From a bacterium (lineage in GTDB: Bacteria > Patescibacteriota > Dojkabacteria > JAKAPS01 > JAJZLI01): a stretch of DNA of 64,000 nt. The DNA lies in the NCBI GenBank assembly GCA_021816845.1, contig JAKAWT010000002.1:213329-277328 (forward strand), read 5' to 3'. The position numbers and the translations under genes were made by a program. The notes beneath the pieces were generated by a model. The model was given only the letters and a program-made list of their open reading frames with translations. It was not told the DNA's origin and searched no databases. Below are positions 60,298 through 64,000 of this stretch, piece after piece; position 1 is the stretch's first letter, and each line of letters starts with the position of its first letter.

Positions 60298-60870
60298 ATG
60301 AAGTTTATTATAAATTTTAAGTCAAGAACAAATCTAGTTGCAAATGATGGAGAAAGATTTCTTGCTAAATTAACTTTAAAAAACCCTAAATTGGACTTTA
60401 TAATAGCACCAAACATAATTGATATAAGCAATTTTAAGAGTAAATTTAACTATCCTATAATTTCTCAGCACGTAGATAAGATTGAAACTTTCAGAGCATC
60501 AGGATATGTTTCTCCCAAAGCTCTATCTAAAATTGGAGTCATAGGTGCTATCATAAATTCCCCTTATCACAGACTAGGATATAATAGCATTTGTGACATA
60601 ATAAAAGAGAATAAAAAATACGGTTTATTAACCTTTCTTTATGTATATAATCAAGATGAATACATTCATTCTCTTGTCTTTGATAGTGAATATATAGTAA
60701 TTAAAACAGACAGTTTAGATGATATTTTAAAATTTAAAGGTATTAAACAGAATATTTTCATAGATTACAAAATTAAAGACAAACAGGATATAATATCTAT
60801 TAGAAATTTCAAACCTGCTGGTATCATTATTGAACCAGAAGATTATTTAATCTGGACCCAAAATGTCTAG
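60298..60870 (+). CDS. Degenerate archaeal-type triosephosphate isomerase-like protein
   Basis: IINFKS, IAP, SQHVD, SGYVSP..L...G..G.IIN retained; catalytic NHSE and AxEP motifs not present. Confidence 0.65.
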   Translation: MKFIINFKSRTNLVANDGERFLAKLTLKNPKLDFIIAPNIIDISNFKSKFNYPIISQHVDKIETFRASGYVSPKALSKIGVIGAIINSPYHRLGYNSICDIIKENKKYGLLTFLYVYNQDEYIHSLVFDSEYIVIKTDSLDDILKFKGIKQNIFIDYKIKDKQDIISIRNFKPAGIIIEPEDYLIWTQNV

Positions 60871-60904
60871 CCCAAAAGAATCTACATTCAAAGTGTCTAG
60901 ACAA
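60848..60904. repeat. Degenerate palindrome array, 4 units, period 15, straddling a stop codon
   Basis: TAATCTGGACCC-aaa-ATGTCTAGCCCA-aaa-GAATCTACATTC-aaa-GTGTCTAGACAA. Confidence 0.6.
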
Positions 60905-60912
60905 AAGAAATT

Positions 60913-62397
60913 ATGCTTGACCATTTTATAAAAAAAGGGAAAAAATACGGATATCTTAAAGACAATCATTGGCTAGAAAGCTCAAGTGGTGAGGTGATGC
61001 TATCAATATCCCCTATTAATAATGAGATAGTAGGTTATATGCAAAAAATGACAACAAGTGAAGTAGATGAAACTATCAAGTCATCAAAATTAGCATTCTC
61101 AAGTTGGAAAAATCAACCAATGAACATAAGAGTTCAAATATTAAAGAAAGCATCTAGAATTATATTTGATAACACAGCTCTAATAACAGCTTTGATTATT
61201 AAGGAAATTGCAAAACCATATAATGAGGCACTAGATGAAGTAATAAGGACTGCAGATTTAATATCATTTTATGCGGATGAGGGTTCTAGAATGATTGGAG
61301 AGGTTCTAACTTCAGATCTTTTTCCTAGATACACGAAATCAAAAACAGCAATTGTAGAAAGAGTACCTTTAGGTGTCATTTTATCTATACCTCCGTTTAA
61401 CTACCCTTTTAATGAATCTGCCCCTAAAATAGTTGGTGCGATAATATCTGGAAATACAGTTGTATTAAAACCACCATCTCAAGGGGGAATTACAGCATTA
61501 CTTCTTGGTGAAATATTTAAACTTGCAGGGTTACCTGATGGAGTTTTAAATATAATAACAGGGGATAGCTCGGTAATTGGAGATTTTGCAGTATCACATA
61601 CTGATATAGCAGGGATAAATTTTACAGGTAGTACTAAAACTGCTTTGCATATACAAAAAACCTTAGAAAAAGGAAATAGACTATTACCATTATTACTTAT
61701 GGGACTAGGAGGAAAAGATGCAGCTATTGTACTTGAAGATTCAGATATAAAAAATGCTGCATTAAATATAGCAGATGGAGCATTCACATATTCGGGTCAA
61801 AGATGTACTGCAATAAAAAGAGTATTGTTACAAGATACTATTGCAGATTTATTTTTAAGAGAATTAAAAAATATAGTTTTAAAAAAGTATATATTAGGTA
61901 ATCCCAATGACAAAAGTATAAATATGGGTCCTGTGATTAATGACAAACAGGCAGAGTATATTGAATCTCTTGTTAATGATGCAATCTCGAAAAAAGCTGT
62001 AGTTATATGTGGAGGACAAAGAAGTGGCAGATATATAGAAGCAACTATCCTCGATCATGTCAGCCTTGATTCAAAGCTTGCCTGGGAAGAGCCTTTTGGT
62101 CCAGTACTACCTATAATAAGAGTAAAAAATGTTACAGATGCAATAGATATAGCTAATAAATCAGAATATGGACTACAGAGTAGTGTCTTTACAAGTAATA
62201 TTGATACTGCGTTTGAAGTAGCAGAAAAATTAGAAGTTGGGGTTGTACAAATAAATGGTAAAGATTCAAGAGGTCCAGACAATTTTCCTTTCAACGGTGT
62301 TAAAAATTCCGGATATGGTAATATACAAGGTGCAAAGTATTTAATAGAATCTCTAACGAAACTAAAAACAACTGTAGTAAATAAAATTAATGTTTGA
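60913..62397 (+). CDS. gapN: GapN-like non-phosphorylating glyceraldehyde-3-P dehydrogenase (ALDH family), Glu-to-Gly variant
   Basis: IPPFNYP, KPPSQG, FTGST, YSGQRCTA, WEEPFGP, RGPDNFPF; ELGGKD motif reads GLGGKD. Confidence 0.85.
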   Translation: MLDHFIKKGKKYGYLKDNHWLESSSGEVMLSISPINNEIVGYMQKMTTSEVDETIKSSKLAFSSWKNQPMNIRVQILKKASRIIFDNTALITALIIKEIAKPYNEALDEVIRTADLISFYADEGSRMIGEVLTSDLFPRYTKSKTAIVERVPLGVILSIPPFNYPFNESAPKIVGAIISGNTVVLKPPSQGGITALLLGEIFKLAGLPDGVLNIITGDSSVIGDFAVSHTDIAGINFTGSTKTALHIQKTLEKGNRLLPLLLMGLGGKDAAIVLEDSDIKNAALNIADGAFTYSGQRCTAIKRVLLQDTIADLFLRELKNIVLKKYILGNPNDKSINMGPVINDKQAEYIESLVNDAISKKAVVICGGQRSGRYIEATILDHVSLDSKLAWEEPFGPVLPIIRVKNVTDAIDIANKSEYGLQSSVFTSNIDTAFEVAEKLEVGVVQINGKDSRGPDNFPFNGVKNSGYGNIQGAKYLIESLTKLKTTVVNKINV

Positions 62398-63805
62398 AAA
62401 TTCTATCCCTATAGATCTCAAAAGTAAATTATTCTTAAAAGCAATCCCCTATTCTTGTGGTTGTTATATTTTCACTGGATTTGGATCCAAGGGATCTGGA
62501 TCCAAGGGATCTGGATCCAAAGATAAAGTCTTATACATAGGAAAAGCCAAGAATTTAAGAAAAAGAGTAAGTCAGTATTTCAATATAGGAAATTTACCGA
62601 TAAAAACTCAAAAAATGCTTTCTCTGTCTAAATCTATAACATATATAGAAACAGACAACGAAGCCGAAGCTTTAATATTAGAGAGTAACCTAATAAAAAA
62701 ATATAGACCTAAATATAATATTCTTTTAAAAGATGATAAACAGTATGCCTGGGTAAAAATAACAAATGATGAATTTCCAAAGATTGAGAGAGTTAGAGAA
62801 AAAAAGAATGATAAGGCAACCTATTTTGGACCATATCCAAACGCCTACACTACAATCAAAGTTTTATCAAATCTAAGAAAGATTTTCCCATATAGAACAT
62901 GTAATCTAAAAATTCATGAAAGATCTTCTAGAGATGGAGAAATAACAAAACCCTTGGTACTAGTACCCAGGGTATGTATTTATTATCATATAGGACTTTG
63001 TACTGGACCTTGTGATAACTTACAGTCCAGAGAAGATTATATGAAGAATATAAATAACATAAAGAAGTTTTTTAAAAGTAAGAAACATCAAATTATAAAA
63101 GATTATGAAAAAGAAATGATAAAAGCATCAAAAGAAGAAAGATTTGAAGATGCAATAAAGCTAAGAGACAAGATAGAAGATATTAGGTATGTTACACAGA
63201 ACATAAAAGTAAATTTTGAAGATCCAGATGATCCAGAGAATAGAACATATACAAATAGAAAAAAAGAGAACATAGAAGCTTTAAAAAAGCTATTTTTAAA
63301 ACTCCATATTAAATATAACAATGGAAGGGTAGAATGCTACGATATATCTAATATACAAGGAAAATATCCTGTATCATCAATGGTTGTTTTCAAAGATGGA
63401 GAGATGTCAAAATCTAACTATAGAAAATTCAAAATTAAATCGGATGATACACCAAATGACCCGTTAATGATGTATGAAACACTAACTAGAAGACTCAAAG
63501 AGTCTAGAATCACTAATAAACCTAAAGATGTAAGTTTTAGTGAGGTTCCAGACTTAATTGTTGTAGATGGGGGTAAAACTCAAGTTAGTGCAGGAGCTAG
63601 AGCTTTAGAAGATTTAGGATTAACTATTCCACTTATTGGACTTGCAAAAAGATATGAAGAAATTTACCTACCTAATATAAAAGAGCCTATACGGTTAAAA
63701 CAAAATGACAAATCTTTATTGGTATTAAGACAAATTAGAGATGAAGCACATAGGTTCGCAATAACATTTCACAGACAAATACGATCGAAAGGAATGTATT
63801 CCTAA
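62390..63805 (+). CDS. uvrC: Excinuclease ABC subunit C (short form without C-terminal HhH domain)
   Basis: YIGKAKNLRKRV, LESNLIK..RPKYN, YFGPY, CYDISN, VDGGKTQ, RDEAHRFA. Confidence 0.95.
   Translation: MFENSIPIDLKSKLFLKAIPYSCGCYIFTGFGSKGSGSKGSGSKDKVLYIGKAKNLRKRVSQYFNIGNLPIKTQKMLSLSKSITYIETDNEAEALILESNLIKKYRPKYNILLKDDKQYAWVKITNDEFPKIERVREKKNDKATYFGPYPNAYTTIKVLSNLRKIFPYRTCNLKIHERSSRDGEITKPLVLVPRVCIYYHIGLCTGPCDNLQSREDYMKNINNIKKFFKSKKHQIIKDYEKEMIKASKEERFEDAIKLRDKIEDIRYVTQNIKVNFEDPDDPENRTYTNRKKENIEALKKLFLKLHIKYNNGRVECYDISNIQGKYPVSSMVVFKDGEMSKSNYRKFKIKSDDTPNDPLMMYETLTRRLKESRITNKPKDVSFSEVPDLIVVDGGKTQVSAGARALEDLGLTIPLIGLAKRYEEIYLPNIKEPIRLKQNDKSLLVLRQIRDEAHRFAITFHRQIRSKGMYS
62477..62518. repeat. 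In-frame palindrome array, 3 units, period 15
   Basis: GGATTTGGATCC-aag-GGATCTGGATCC-aag-GGATCTGGATCC encoding GFGSK-GSGSK-GSGSK. Confidence 0.92.
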
Positions 63806-64000
63806 GAATGTGTTCTTCAATAGGATAGGATTACACATTTGATAATATATAATATATATTATAAGGGGTAACCAGCTATAGAAACAGATATATGAAAAAT
63901 TCTAAGTATGTAGATATTGTCAATTAAGATAATGGAGAATACTTAAATATGTGTGTTATATGAATCCTTCTTAACCAATAAATCATATAGAAGAATAGAG

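Noticed and set aside
60868-60915. TAG read-through fusing the TPI-like ORF in frame to gapN (recoded stop)
   Set aside because: Two TAGs would need suppression, and TAG ends many other genes here at expected positions.
41867-62518. Palindrome arrays as CRISPR arrays or cloning-linker contamination (BamHI/XbaI sites)
   Set aside because: Spacers are only 2-3 nt and no cas genes are present. Units are diverged and frame-adapted, which argues against linkers, though read support should still be checked.
1974-63321. Numerous short antisense or nested ORFs in the track (e.g. 1974..2306, 24445..24849, 34520..34876, 51563..51946, 61479..61787)
   Set aside because: They are shadows of confidently identified genes and show no recognisable motifs.
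63700-63805. uvrC as a truncated pseudogene (no HhH domain)
   Set aside because: Clean stop after an intact RNase H-like domain and no HhH remnant seen downstream; treated as a short form.

Overview
Very AT-rich bacterial chromosome segment read in the standard code (TGA is used as a stop). Gene content suggests a Patescibacteria/CPR organism (inference from secG next to a family-5 solute-binding protein, lepB-parA-parB, archaeal-type cupin PGI, short UvrC and xfp-ackA). The left ~28 kb is mostly accessory: two MacB-type ABC exporters, repeat-rich surface proteins, a restriction-modification pair, small membrane proteins and pseudogenes, ending at a six-tRNA cluster. The right ~36 kb is mostly core and has six more tRNAs. 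The most striking unexplained signal is a dispersed family of short arrays of ~12-bp palindromes (mainly GGATC-NN-GATCC, with GGTAC-NN-GTACC and CCATC-NN-GATGG variants). They repeat every 14 bp between genes but every 15 bp (5 codons) inside genes, adding short in-frame loops to UvrC, a FemX-like protein, an NYN nuclease and others. Also notable: three glycolytic homologues lacking canonical catalytic residues (PpsA-like, TPI-like, GapN-like), surface proteins with Acidimicrobiia-like DGGVYTFG repeats, two small 22-aa-repeat proteins, a long hairpin behind the NYN gene and tRNAs with C at T-loop position 55. All calls were made by eye; no searches were run.
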